Source of the DNA: Azolla caroliniana
Lineage: Eukaryota > Plantae > Polypodiophyta
DNA: 64,000 nt
Direction of reading: 5' to 3'
Assembly: GCA_043228905.1 (NCBI GenBank)
Contig: JBHGNT010000009.1
Span: 13,702,001-13,766,000, forward strand
Part shown: one piece after another, positions 12,186 through 24,653 of the stretch
Position numbering within the stretch: the first letter of the stretch is position 1
How the letters are laid out: the number at the start of each line of letters is the position of its first letter
The notes under the pieces: generated by a model
Databases searched by the model: none
Told to the model about the DNA's origin: nothing
Seen by the model: only the letters and a program-made list of their open reading frames with translations
Position numbers and translations under genes: made by a program

Positions 12186-15100
12186 ATGGCTTCCTCCTCT
12201 CGTAATTCCGCACATCACACATCTCCCAACCATCGTAATTTTTCGACACATCCCACATCTCCCACCCGTCAAGGTCATCCAATTTCTCCTACGCGAGATG
12301 AGGATGACCGACCAATATCTCCGGTCCGTGACGAAGATATTAACGACGATATTGAATTTGTCATGAGAGATGATTTTTGTAAAACGCAAGATGATATTGT
12401 CAAGTCAATGACAATGGTCACAACTGCGTTCTCCTCCAAACTTGAAGGGCTTCTTGATGCCAATAGGCATCAGTTTGAAAACCTTCAACAACAAATTTTG
12501 GAGCTAAAGGCACACGCTTCCACATCAAGCAATACGAAGAAGCCTTCATTTACTCCTCAACAGTTCTCGGGAAAGGATAAGCAACGCAACCACGAGTTTG
12601 TGAGTAGTTGGATAAACTGATGGAATGCTCACTTTTGCCTCGAGAATATTCAGAATGACTCTGAAAAGATCGATATGGCGGTTCGTGAGATGATCGGTGC
12701 CGCAAACTCATGGTGGTAGCGGTTGGATAGAAAACTGGGAACGTGGGAGGCATTTGAAAAGACTCTCAAGATGGAATTTGTCCGTCCCAAGACAACTTCT
12801 CAAGTGATACAAGATATGTGTCACTTTTCTGATAAGGGTAGGACTATTGACCAATTCAATAAGTATTTCCACGACATGATAACAAAGCATGGACTTTTGT
12901 CGGCATCTAATGAGGAAATACTGATAGGATTATATATTAATAGTTTCCATAATAAAGATTTTCATTATGAGATCCACACTCATCAACCCAAGACCTTGGG
13001 AGAAGTGATGGAATGTGCCCGCATTCTGTTTGACACAAAATCTCGTTACCAACCAAAAGAGTTGGAAGGAGAAAGCGGTAAATGTAGATACCAACCTTCT
13101 CCGATAGGTCAAGGTGACAATGCGAAAAGGCAGGTAATAATTTGCAACTTTTGTAAGAAGCCTGGGCATAAAGCCAACGAGTGTAGGCAGAGAAAGGAGA
13201 GCGGTAACTCCAACAATCCACAAAGAAAGCCATCAACTTCCAATAATCCAAGTATGTTCTTGAATTATTTGAAACTTAAAACTTATGGGACTATCCACAA
13301 TCATAGTGTAACTATACTATTTGACTGTGGTAGCACTCATAATTTTCTTGACTCTAATATGGTGCAGATGTTAGGAATAAAAACAACCAAAAGTGACCAC
13401 GACTACAAAGTCCTTATTGCGGGAGGCCATGTTCAAAGGCATTCATTAATTGCACATGGTGTACCCCTAGTAATAAATAACTACATTGAAAAGTTGACTT
13501 TTCATGTAATGCATTTGCGAACAGTAGATGTAGTTTGTGGTTACATATGGTTTTATAATAGACATAGTCTTTATATCGATTGGCCAAATCATACTATTTC
13601 TTTTGAAGGAAATAACAACCAACAAGTTTTTATTCATGGGATTGCGATAAACAATTTAATGTCTGTTAATCATCTTCATGCTTATGATCGAAACGTTGAT
13701 GCACAATTTTATGCATGTATATTAGAGCCCAATGATCCTCTGTATCAATTTATAGATAAGAGTTCATTTGATGATTTTGAGAAAGATGCTCTACGTGACA
13801 TCTTGTCGAATTTTAAGGAGATATTCCTGGATAAATTACCTCAAGGACTACCTCCTTCTCGGTCTATAGATCATAAGATAAACTTGGTTCCAGGAGCTAA
13901 ACCTGTGAGCATACCCCCATATCGGTTGAGTCGAACCGAAGAGGATGAAATTGCTCGACAAATCAAGGAGTACTTGAGGATGAGACACATCCGGTACAGT
14001 AAATCGCCATGGGGAGCTCCTGTCATCTTAGCCAAGAAGAAGGATGGAACTTGGCGAATGTGTGTGAATTACAAAGGTTTGAATAAACTCACCATTCGCA
14101 ATTCCTACCCTTTTTCTCGTTCTAATGACTTGATAGATAGACTCCAAAGTGCAAGATATTTTACTAAGATAGACTTGTGCACTGGCTATCATCAGATTAG
14201 GGTTTCGGAAGAAGATGTTTCCAAAACAGCTTTCCGAACCCGTTATGGTCATTATGAGTTTCGGGTTCTACCATTTGGGTTGACGGATGCTCCAACCACA
14301 TTCCAACAATTGATGAATGATATATTTAGAGATCAGCTTGGTGATTTCGTGGTTGTATTCCTTGATGACATCATGGTATATAGTAATACATTTGACGATC
14401 ATGTGAGTCATGTCCGAATAGTTTTGGACAAGCTTTGTGAATACAAGCTATTTGCCAAAGTATCTAAATGTGATTTCTTTCAAAAGGAAATCACGTATCT
14501 TGGACCCCACATATCTAGGTCGGGTGTATCTATCGATATATCAAAGATTGAAGTGGTATTAAATTGGCCACAACCTTCAAATGTTAAGGAATTATGATCT
14601 TTCTTAGGATTTGTTGGATTTCTAAGAAGATCTCTTCAAAACTATTCATCCTACACTGTACCATTTACGGACCTGTTCAAGGGTATTACAAGAAAGTCCA
14701 CTAAACCTATTGAGTGGAATGCCTCTCTTGAAGAAACCTTCAATAAGTTGAAGTCGTTAATTGTGAATGCACCTACTTTAGCTATACCTGATCCTAATCA
14801 AACAGTTGAAGTTGAGACGGATGCAAGTGATTATGCTATTGGGGCTGCATTATTTCAAATTGGGAGACCGATTGCTTTTGAAAGCAAAAAATTGGATTTG
14901 GCCCAAAGAAATTACTCGGTTCAAGAAAAAGAATTATTTGCTTTCATTTACGCCTTAAAGAAATGGCGACATTATTTGTATGGTAGTAAATTTACTATTT
15001 TAACGGATCACAAATCCTTGCAATACTTCCTTTCTCAAAAGAATTTTGAGGGTCGAAAGGCAAGATGGGCGGAGTTGATGCAAGACTTTGATTTTGAAAT

Positions 15101-16233
15101 TAGATATCGAAAAGGGGCTTTGAATTCCGTTGCAGATACCCTGAGTCGTATTCCAGAAATTAATGCCCTAAGTTTCGTGGAATTTAACGACTTATTTGAT
15201 TTTATCTAGGGTAAACAAAAATACCTTGATGACAGAACATTTTCGAAGTTTTGGAAGAGAGTTGAAACAGGTATTGACGTCGATTATGGAACCACATCTA
15301 CCCCGAAGAACCTTTACTATGTTGCGAATGGGTTATTGTACCGCAATAGTAAGGTTTGCATACCACATGTAAAGGGCATCAAGAATAAAATTCTATAACA
15401 TTTTCGAAGTTTTGGAGGAGAGTTGAAACAGGTATTGACGTCGATTATGGAACCACATCTACCCCGAAGAACCTTTACTATGTTGCGAATGGGTTATTGT
15501 ACCGCAATAGTAAGGTTTGCATACCACATGTAAAGGACATCAAGAATAAAATTCTATAACATTTTCGAAGTTTTGGAAGAGAGCTGAAATAGGTATTGAC
15601 GTCGATTATGGAACCACATCTACCCCGAAGAACCTTTACTATGTTGCGAATGGGTTATTGTACCGCAATAGTAAGGTTTGCATACCACATGTAAAGGACA
15701 TCAAGAATAAAATTCTATATGAATGTCATGATGCCCCTTTTGCTGGACATCTAGGTGTGCAAAGAACATTAGCTTTGATTAAAGCTAGGTTTTTCTGGCC
15801 AAAAATGAAACTTGAGGCAGAGTCCTATGTTATTCGTTGTCCACATTGTTAGGTCATTAAGACTGAGCGACAGAAAAAAGCTGGCTTATTGCAACCTCTC
15901 GATATTCCAGCTGAAAAGTGGCAAAGTATATCCATGGATTTCATAGTTGGATTCCCTAGTTCCATGGAGGGAAATAATGCCATTTGGGTGGTTCTTGATC
16001 GGCTTAGCAAGATGGCAAGATTCATTCTAACGAAATCCACAATTGCCGCAAAGCAATTGGCTATTAAATTTATTAAACATCTTTATAGCTTATATGGTCT
16101 ACCGATGGAGATTGTAAGTGATCGAGACTCCAAGGTTAAGTGGAAGGATAGATTGGAAGAAGACTACACATGGGAAACTGAAGAGACATTACGCAAATTT
16201 TTTCCTAACTTCCCATTGCAAGAGTGCAATTAA
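12186..16233 (+). pseudogene. gag-pol of the chromovirus (gag, zinc knuckle, PR, RT, RH, truncated INT, chromodomain remnant)
   Basis: CNFCKKPGHKANEC; LFDCGSTHNF; VVFLDDIMVY; ETDASDYAIG; HDAPFAGH; SISMDFIVG; SDRDSK fused directly to VKWKDRLEEDYTWE. Several premature stops. Confidence 0.9.
15237..15719. repeat. Tandem triplication, 3 x 161 bp, inside pol
   Basis: Unit ACATTTTCGAAGTTTTGG...AATAAAATTCTATA starts at 15237, 15398 and 15559. Confidence 0.95.
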
Positions 16234-16644
16234 ACGGACGGGGGGAAGTATGTAATGTTCATTGGTTTAGACGTGCTTATTAGGGGGCTATCATACTGTA
16301 ATATCTGAGTCGTCGGCTTTATTGGACTGACCTAATGTGTGTCATAGGGTACCCCGCACATGATTGGTCAGGTAGATGTCATTACATGGCCTAGGTCCTA
16401 TAAATAGAGGAGACTCTCCTTGGTTAAGGGAGGCCCCATGAGTGGTTCAGACGAAGCTCTCTTTTATGTGGACTAGTCATCTACCAGGGTCCTGACGTGG
16501 AGATCCTGGCTGGTATGGAACAGATCGGGATTCCTCGTCTGCGCTGTCGACTCTGGCGCGGGGGCGGATGGGTGGTAACGCGTATTTTCAATATGATTGT
16601 GTCATTTATATCTTTATTTTAGGATTAATGATTTGGTTATTACA

Positions 16645-16910
16645 ACCACAATCTGATTCTGCTTCTGATTCTGGATGTGATGATGATGGGAGGCATCTTG
16701 ATGAACAGGCGCGACCATGAAATCTCCATGGTCGTGAAGGATCTTGAGGTGAGGTGCGTGGGGAGATGGAGATGGAGATGGCGATGAAAATGGTGATGGC
16801 AGAGGAGGGGTGCGACCGGTGAGGAACTGGATAGTGCGCATGAAGTCAGAGAGGGGGATTTTCAAATCTCAGGCTCGCAAGTGTGGATGATTCGACGCGG
16901 CGGTGTAGGG
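16645..16910 (-). pseudogene. VQ-motif protein gene fragment, 5' part
   Basis: Reads PTPPRRIIHTCEPEI / (1-nt frameshift) LKIPLSDFMRTIQFLTGR, matching the VQ motif FxxxVQxLTG and the RIIHIFAPEIIKTD-type prefix. Continues in frame into 10749->10096 once the gypsy and one TSD copy are removed. Confidence 0.75.
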
Positions 16911-17249
16911 CAAATTTTTTTTTTTTTGGGGGGGGGGAAGGGGGTGTGGTTTAACTATTTAGGGGGGGCAATTAGCCAAAATGGGGGAGCGAATAGTGCT
17001 TTCCTTTTTTTTTTGTGAAATAAATTTATTTAAATAAATAAATAAATATTTTATATTTATTTTGCAAAACGAATGGTTTTCTAATATTCTTGGGGCCATT
17101 TCGTATTCTCGAATATTGCGCATGGAGAATATCACAAATATCACGCATGTGTCAATGTATGTATAAAAGTATATATCCAACAACCACCCTTGAGATTATA
17201 TGGAGTTTCTCCTCATTTTGATTGTTCCTCGATTTCTATTTATTCACTC

Positions 17250-17707
17250 TCCTCTCACTCTCCTTAATCTTAGTATTACTACATTAGTATTAGAAAACAC
17301 CATAAGGCTAAACATACAAGATATACCACTGATCCCCTATGTTTTTCTAAATTCTAACCATCGGCGTAAATAAATACTTTGGTGTTGATTAGAACCATTC
17401 CACCTTATCAAAACGCCGTCTATAGAATAGACATATGTCCCAAATGGCATGAAACTCTAAACGCTTAAGCTCCGCTTGATGTGTATTACCTTTTATACTA
17501 TCCAAAATTTGAGATTATGCACAATCTCTATCCAAATTCCTGAAATGATTTGGGCAGGTCTTTCAGTCACATTTTGAAATACCTACTTCGCTTTATACCC
17601 CATAACCAATTCCAAAATTGTTTGAAATGTTGTGGTTGGTTCTTTCCATGATCTAGCACCTAATATTTTCCTACCAATCTTCATAGAATACTGAAAGAAC
17701 GACACAT
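17250..17707 (-). mobile_element. LINE (L1-like) ORF2 3' fragment
   Basis: Continues in frame from the 26331 fragment (WDPGELY*KVWVQDHIKYV|SFFQYSMKIGRKIL) after removing 17708-26330 and one 4-bp TSD copy. The left boundary is approximate. Confidence 0.6.
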
Positions 17708-18193
17708 TATCGTGCCTTACGGCTCCGGATCGTTGCGTGAGTCGGGTGGGAACCACTGGGGTTTTGGACTAGGAGGAAAGAAAATTCTAAGGCAATTAAG
17801 AATATGAAATATATTGTAAGAAAGAAACATATGAAAAACTCGTGAATCCCACGAGTATAGTGTATTAGTGAGTTCTCAAATTAAGAGAGAAAAATAGTTA
17901 GCAAACTCGTGGATCCCACGATTATATTAATCAAACCTTGTAAAATAATCAACAAACTCTATACATCTTTCTCTCTTCCTTATATAGTGTTGGAAGAGTC
18001 TAAATTTATCACATGCAAGCATCATGCTTTTTCTATCTTTAGTTTTCATGCACACTTCATGTGCATGATTAACTTTCTATCTCATCTTTTCTTTTAACTC
18101 GAGTGTCTATGCATGAATAACTTTTTGTACCATGCATGTCTAGAAATTTTACATGGGATAAAGTTTAGTATAACTTTAAAATTCATAATACGC

Positions 18194-18255
18194 TAGTATA
18201 ATGATAAGGCTTAACATTATTAACATGGAGGTGCAATGTTCGATTCTTGCCCTAT
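18194..18255 (+). other. tRNA-like A-box/B-box module in family A 3' LTR (sister copy 25927-25988)
   Basis: TAGTATAATGATAAG ... GGAGGTGCAAT GTTCGATTC TTGCC; 44 nt from the A-box T to the B-box G. Confidence 0.6.
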
Positions 18256-18653
18256 GCATGTATTATATAATTTTATACTTTCTTCTATTTACAAATATGT
18301 CTCTTCATCTGGCGAGAGACTCACATCGGCCTTCTTCATCCGGCTCTTGCTGGTTCTGCTTCATCCGGTTCTCGCCGGTTTTCTTTATCCGGTTCTTACC
18401 GGATCCTTCTTACTGGTCCTCTTCGTCCATTTCTCACTGACTCTCACCGGCCTTCTTCATCTGGCTCTTGCCTAGTACTGCTTATCGGTTTCGGTCCTCA
18501 CCGGTTCTTCCTTCCGGTTCTCACTGGGTACTCCATATCCTATCCGGAGAAACCAGAAATGTAATTTTTCACGTAGTGTGCGAATTACACTACGACACTC
18601 GCCCCCTCCGAACCCGCACATCCTTTGGTATGTGCCGAAATCCCCGATGCTTG

Positions 18654-19982
18654 CTATTCACCTTCATCCGAAGCTTCCTCCAATTCTCCCCTTAAGTCGA
18701 CTATAAGTTGTAATCCACTTTCCTCGCTTTCCGCACCACCGCGATCTTCGTCCGATTGCTCCTTCTTGTCGGTCTTGTCTAGGATCACATAGGGTTCTTC
18801 TTCAGTCCACTTCTTGAAAATCTTCACCCGTTTCCCAGCTATAGGCACTCGTAGCGTCGTTCCATCCAACTCGCATTGTCGGTAAGTTCCGTTATCGAAA
18901 ACTGTCCGAACCTCATATGGCCCGAACCACCTTTTCGCGAACTTCCGCATCGTTGTATGTTGATGATCCAAACTACTGTCATAGACAATCACCCAATCTC
19001 CTTCTTCAATTTTCCGCGGTCGTAGTTGGTGCTTTGTGTCGAACCGGCTTTTATTTCGGAATCGCGCTTCTTGTTTCGGCGTATTGCTTCCGCTATGTCT
19101 TCCGGTCTTCCCTCCAGTTGTCGTAACCGGACCGCTAGTAGTTCTTCCCGGCTCATCTCTTCCTTCCACGGTAGCAATGTCCATGTCGCGATTGCGGTTT
19201 CCGTTGGCATTACCAGTGCTTGTCCGGTCATAAGTTCTGCCGGCATGTAACCGGTTACGGAGCTATGCGTCGTCCGATCCGCCCATAGTGCATACGGAAG
19301 CATCTGCGGCCAATCCTTCACCCTTCCATCGCATGCCTTCGCAAGTGCTTTGACAATTGGACTATGTCCTCGTTCGATCTTCCCGTTGGCTTCCAGATTG
19401 TATGCCGTTGTTAGTGTTAACCGAACTCCATGTTTAGTGAAGAATTCCTTAGCTTTATTAGAGTCAAGTTCTCCCCAATCCGCAATCACTTGTCCTACGC
19501 ACTCGTACGTGCAAAACACTTATTCCAAAAGGAATTGACATACCGCAGAACACGTTTTTCTTCGTAGCGCCTGACCTTCTACTTGATTTGTGAGATCTTC
19601 CCGAGCTAGCACCAAGTACTTCTTTTGTCCGATCCCAGTTGGCATGGCTACAATGTCGACCATCCATTTGAAGTTGATTGTCAGTGAGAATGTCAGATGT
19701 AACTCATCTCAGTGTCGAACTTCGGAGTAGATTTGACACTTGTCGCAGCTTTCCGTGAACTCCGCGACATCTTTGTACATATTCTTCCACCAATATCTTT
19801 GCTTGATCTTCCCAAATGTTGCCCATGTTCCCTGATGTCTAGCCCAATCAGATTCGTGAAATTCGGACATTATCCGGTTTCGTTGCTCTTTCGTCCCGAC
19901 TACTCGAAGTGGTATGCCATCCAGTCTTTTCGGCTCCCCCCATAGTAATCCGTTTTTCAAGAAGAACTTTCGGACTTGCCGC
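18654..19982 (-). pseudogene. Integrase of family A gypsy
   Basis: EFHESDWARH...SCDKCQ zinc finger; WMVDIVAMP; VIADWGE; TTAYNLEANGKIERGH; KRWFGPYEV. Frameshifted. Confidence 0.88.
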
Positions 19983-21167
19983 TGTCGTAGTGTATTTCGT
20001 ACACTATGTGAAAAACTACATTTTTGGTCTCTCCGGATAGGACATGGAGTACCCGGTGAGAACCGGAAGGAGGACCTGGTAAGGATCGAAACCAGTAAGG
20101 AGACTCGGCAAGAGCCGGATGAAGAAGGCCAGTGAGAGTCGGTGAGAAACGGACGAAGAGGACCGGTAAGGAGGACCCGGTAAGAACCGGATAAAGAAAA
20201 CCGGCGAGAACCAGATGAAGTAGAACCGGCAAGAGCCGGATGAAGAAGGTCGGTGAGAGCCTCTCACCGGATGAAGAGATATATTTGTAAATAGAAGAAA
20301 CTATAAAAATATATATTACGTGCATAGGGCAAGATTCGAACCTTGCACCTCCATGTTAATAATGTTAAGCCTTACCACTATACTAGCATATTATGAATTT
20401 TAAAGGTATACTAAACTTTATCCCATGTAAATATTCTAGATATGCATGGTACAAAAAGTTACTCATACATACACACTCGAGTTAAAAGAAAAAGATGAGA
20501 TTGAAAGCTAATCATGCACATGCAGTGTGCATGAAAACTAAAGTTAGAAAAAGCATGTTAGATAAAGCATATTGTCTATAGTTAGAGAAAAAGCATGGAT
20601 TGTGAAGACTCTCTCATCACTATATAAGGATGAGGAGCACAATGTAATAGGTGTGAAATATTTGGGGAATTGGATATATTTCCTAAAACACCAATTAATA
20701 TAATATATTCGGAGGGATTCATGAAGTTGTGATCAAAATTGTCTCTTACTATCTAAATATTGATTAAATACACTAAACTCGTGGGATTCACGAGATTCAT
20801 AACTTACCTTTCTTTCTACCTATTGATTATTAACATGGAGGTGCAAGGTTTGAATCTTGCCCTATGCACGTAATATATATATTTATAGTTTCTTCTATTT
20901 ACAAATATATCTCTTCATCCGGCTCTTGCCGGATCTGCTTCATCCGGTTCTCGCCGGTTTTCTTTATCCGGTTCTTACCGGGTCCTCCTTACCGGTCCTC
21001 TTCGTCCGTTTCTCACCGACTCTCACCGGCCTTCTTCATCCGGCTCTTGCCGGGTCTCCTTACTGGTTTCGATCCTTACCGGTTCCTCCTTCCGGTTCTC
21101 ACCGGGTACTCCATGTCCTATCCGGAGAGACCAAAAATGTAGTTTTTCACGTAGTGTACGAAATACA
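19983..21167. mobile_element. Fold-back LTR: truncated family-A-type LTR followed by an inverted copy of its own 5' part
   Basis: Starts TGTCGTAGTGTATTTCG at 19983. 19991-20363 is the reverse complement of 20826-21167 (right arm has a ~30-nt deletion and lacks the terminal CTACGACA). The ~460-bp spacer is LTR middle sequence. Confidence 0.9.
20325..20385 (-). other. tRNA-like A-box/B-box module in the fold-back LTR
   Basis: Minus strand TAGTATAGTGGTAAG...GGAGGTGCAAGGTTCGAATCTTGCC; 44-nt spacing; GCAAG/CTTGC stem around the T-loop-like sequence. Confidence 0.7.
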
Positions 21168-23312
21168 GTTTCACTTTCTTCTCCACGGTCTTGTATTTCG
21201 CACTTACCATTGCTTCGTCTTTGCGGAGCACATCCGGCCCCATTTTCACAATGATCTCGTACATCTCGACTGACTCCATCGGAATTACCCGGTTTCCCTG
21301 GCTTGTATCTTCCTCGAGCTCTTCAAGCCGTTGTAGTGTGCTCCCATAGAACACCTCTTCGACTATTCCCACGATTTCTTCGTCTTCTTTTATTATTGAT
21401 GCCGACCGTAACTTATCCTCCACTTTTCGGTATTCTTTCTTTATTCCTCTAGTTACGGCCGTGTCTGTGGATGCCCCATCTGGACCGATTCGTACTTGTT
21501 TTCCACCGAGAGGTTTCTTCCTATGTGGGGTATCAGGGCTTCTCGGACTATCACTTCCCCACTCCGCAACAGTCCGCTCTAAAAATCCATTCTTGTTTGG
21601 GACAAGAGCTCTCTCTTGTTCCTTTCATGATTTGCCGGCACGGTTAGGAATTGGACGGATATCCCTCTGTTTTGGCTCCGAATTCGTGCAAAAGCCGCAC
21701 CGCTATCGAGCACCTTCGTCTCCATCCGTGATGCCATGATAAAAGGTTGCCCGAGGATGACGGATTGTGAGACCTCATTTTGTACGAAGAAATTTTGGTC
21801 GATCTCGACATCCCCGATCTTCACCGTCACATCCGGACAAGCCGCAAATAGATCTTCTGTTGCTTTAGTGGCCGCCCGGATCTTCCACCCATGATTCGTG
21901 TTAATAGGCCACTTACCCTTCCGGTAGAATTCCTTGGACATCAAGTTGATCTCCGATCCGTGATCAATCAATGCTAGCACGGGTTCTTTGATGTTACCGA
22001 TTCGGACCGGAGTCTCTGTAGTTGCGCGTGCCCAGTGTGGCTTTGTGTAGTGAGAATTCGGTATTTCGTCCTCCAATTTGGTGTCATTCATTAGAACGGT
22101 ATTTGCATTCACCCTTGGAGCATTCTTCTCCGTACTTTGCCTTTCTCTCTTCACGAGATCCACAAGAAGATCATGGAACTCCTTCACTATTCCGAGTAAT
22201 TCTCGAAGCGAAAAATCTACCCGGCTATCGAGGATTCTCTCCTCGAACACCTTTTTCAAGTCCGTTTCTTGTTCGATGTCCGAGGCGAGCTTGAATGCTG
22301 GAATTATCTTTTCTTTTCCCTTAACTCTGGAGTTCCAGCTTTCTAGTGTCTTCGATGGACCGACCGCCTCATCCGTGCGCCGTCGCTTCTCATCTACATA
22401 CACTTCATGCAATTGGCATAAAGCAAACATACTATTCTTATCGACGGGGCACTCCCATCCCGTAGTTTCCCGGATGCCTTCCGCGGTGCTTCGGATCTCG
22501 TTAGAGTCAGTTTTCTCGGTGTTTTCTAGCACTTCCGGCCAAAAAGACACCTTTGCTCCTGATGACTCCCCGACACGTATTCCCGCGGTTGTCGCATAAT
22601 TGTTCTTTGCCGCTATTTCCTCCTCTAGGACCTTCTTCATGCCGCCTTTTCGGAAGTTCGGTCGGAGCGGCTTTCGAGAGTCCATCGAATGAATTAGATT
22701 TCCCTCGTAGTAGATAAGATCCTGTCGTAGCGCTTCCTTGTGCTTGTCGCAATCCCTCCGATCATGTTCGGTGCTATTGCACCATATGCATCGATGGTCC
22801 ATATACTTGGAACTTGTGGGACGGTCATCCAACTTCTTCACCATCGCGATTTTTAGATTCTCCATCTCCTTCAGCAACTGCTCCACCGTAGTTGCGTCGA
22901 TTCCCTTCTCGGCCATAGCTTCCCGAGCCTGCGCTTGATGGTCTTCCGATCTGGATCTCGGTTTCGGAATCGGTTCCGAAACCCTCTTTTCTTCGTTGGC
23001 AAGCCATTGCCCCCTCTTTGTGTATCACGCGACGATATCCCACACGCTTTCCCATGTTTCGGTGAGGCCGCTCTCGGTAGTCGTGTCCTCCAGAAGCACT
23101 CCAAGATCCTTCCGGTCCCGGACGTCTATGGCTCGTAAGAACATGATAACTTTGTCCGGTGCGAGGATAGCTTGATGTCTCGCAGACAACCTCCCGAAAT
23201 GACTTTCGAATGCCGAAAACACATCGAGGACCTTCATCCCCTTGTCCGGCGTTTCTACCCAATCCTCGAATCCTCTCCGTGTTGCCTTGGAGGAGTCCTC
23301 GATAGCGAATGT

Positions 23313-24327
23313 TGTCATGAAGATTCGTCACTACGCGCGGATCGTGAGGCGGAACCGCCGGGGTTCTGGACCAGAAGGATTTAGAGTCGATACAAGCTTT
23401 GGCGAGAAAGTACTTAAGATAGATTGGGAAAGAGAGAAGATGAGATTACACGATTGATTTGATAACGAATTTCTTCTTCTTAATTTTCATAAAAAAAACC
23501 GTGTTTTTGTCCTCCCCCTTCCCTCTTTTATAGATGCTCTCATGCATATGATGCATGTGAGGGTACAAGACATGCATAAATTGCATGTTTGCCATTTGGC
23601 GCTTAAGTATTACATGTGGTGCATGCTAACCATGTCACTCATTTTAGCACTCATGGATGAGAATTTACATGTAAAAGTACAATGATAGAAATATAATTTC
23701 AACTAAATACCATGGCTTAATGGTAAGCCATTTGACTCCTAACTTGGAGGTGCAAGGTTCGAATCCATACTTGCCCTCCTTATATATGTATATATTTTTA
23801 TATATTTATTTTATCTAGTCACCGGTTCGCCGGATACCGTCGCTGGATACCGGTGCCGCCGCCGGATGCCGCCGCCGGTTACCGGTGCCGCATGCCGCGA
23901 CCGGATTGCGGTCGGATGCCGCGGTCGGATCACCGGCTCCATCGCCGGTCCGGTTTTGGTTGGCCAAAACCCTTTTCGAGTAGCTAGCCACCTCCACTCT
24001 AAGTTCAAGTTACCTTGAACTCTCTATGCTCCACACATAGACACAAAGATAATATCTTTTGCTCCACCTTATATATGATGAGATCCGTATTTGTCGTGCC
24101 TATGTGGGATATCTCACAATTTTCTCTTTTCTTTTCACAAACTTTATACCCTCATATCTTGACATTTAGTTGTCCATTTCTCGTGTAATAAAGTGCATTC
24201 GAAACCTCCATCATTTTGTACTTAGATATTAAAAATGTTATCTTTACAATTATTGTATTACGTGATTCATACTCGATATTGTACGTTTTATGGGATTTTC
24301 ACACTATTGCCGAAAATCTTCACGACA
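23313..24327 (-). mobile_element. Solo LTR (family B, related to family A)
   Basis: Terminal inverted repeats TGTCATGAAGATT...AATCTTCACGACA; 4-bp TSD ATGT/ACGT; removal restores the gag frame; TATA-like CTATAAAAAG on the minus strand at ~23525. Confidence 0.9.
23713..23776 (+). other. tRNA-like A-box/B-box module in family B solo LTR
   Basis: TGGCTTAATGGTAAGCCA (7-bp D-arm-like hairpin) ... GGAGGTGCAAGGTTCGAATCC; consensus A and B boxes, 44-nt spacing. Confidence 0.72.
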
Positions 24328-24653
24328 ACGTGGTCTTTAGCGCCTCTTCAAATGCTTCCCACGTCGGATTTTGTTGTCGTAGCACGTGGATACATGCTTG
24401 AAGCCCATCGGTAGCTACCCGGTTGAAGGATGTCACTTGCAGTCCTTCCGAAATCCCGCATCGTATCATTTCCGCCTTGTAGTCCCGAAGATAGCGTGAT
24501 ACGTCCTTTCCGTTGAATTGCCCGATCCGTTGCACGAGCCGCTCTACTGCCGCCGCTATCTCCGACATCACATGTTGTTCCTGAAGCATCCGCTCGAACA
24601 TCATCATGATGTTGTTAGCCTCCAGTTGATTTTCCATCTCATAGCCACCCGTG

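Larger units (their letters stand above)
10750..16644 (+). mobile_element. Ty3/gypsy chromovirus-type LTR retrotransposon, full length but defective
   Basis: 394-bp LTRs at 10750-11143 and 16251-16644 (TG...CA, roughly 96% identical by eye); TSD ACCAC (10745-10749 / 16645-16649); PBS TGGTATTAGAG (Met-type) at 11146; PPT GGGGGGAAG before 16251. Confidence 0.95.
10042..17004. mobile_element. Putative Pack-type DNA element: imperfect inverted repeats enclosing a captured gene fragment (later split by a gypsy insertion)
   Basis: 10042-10135 (GGAATGCGTTATTTGCCCCCTCACTTTTGCTATTTGCCC...TAAACCAC...C-run, A-run) matches the reverse complement of 16915-17004 (GGAAAGCACTATTCGCTCCCCCATTTTGGCTAATTGCCCC...TAAACCAC...C-run, A-run). 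Weaker similarity continues outward (ATTCG/CGAAT motifs). Outer ends and TSD not resolved. Confidence 0.55.

Noticed and set aside
19983-21167. DIRS-like or MITE element with terminal inverted repeats
   Set aside because: The arms are family-A LTR sequence; there is no tyrosine recombinase and no TSD, and the right end is truncated.
23713-23776. Functional tRNA genes (also 18194, 20385, 25329, 45197)
   Set aside because: A and B boxes are present, but no 7-bp acceptor stem or convincing anticodon arm can be drawn, and all copies lie inside LTRs. Reported as tRNA-like modules instead.
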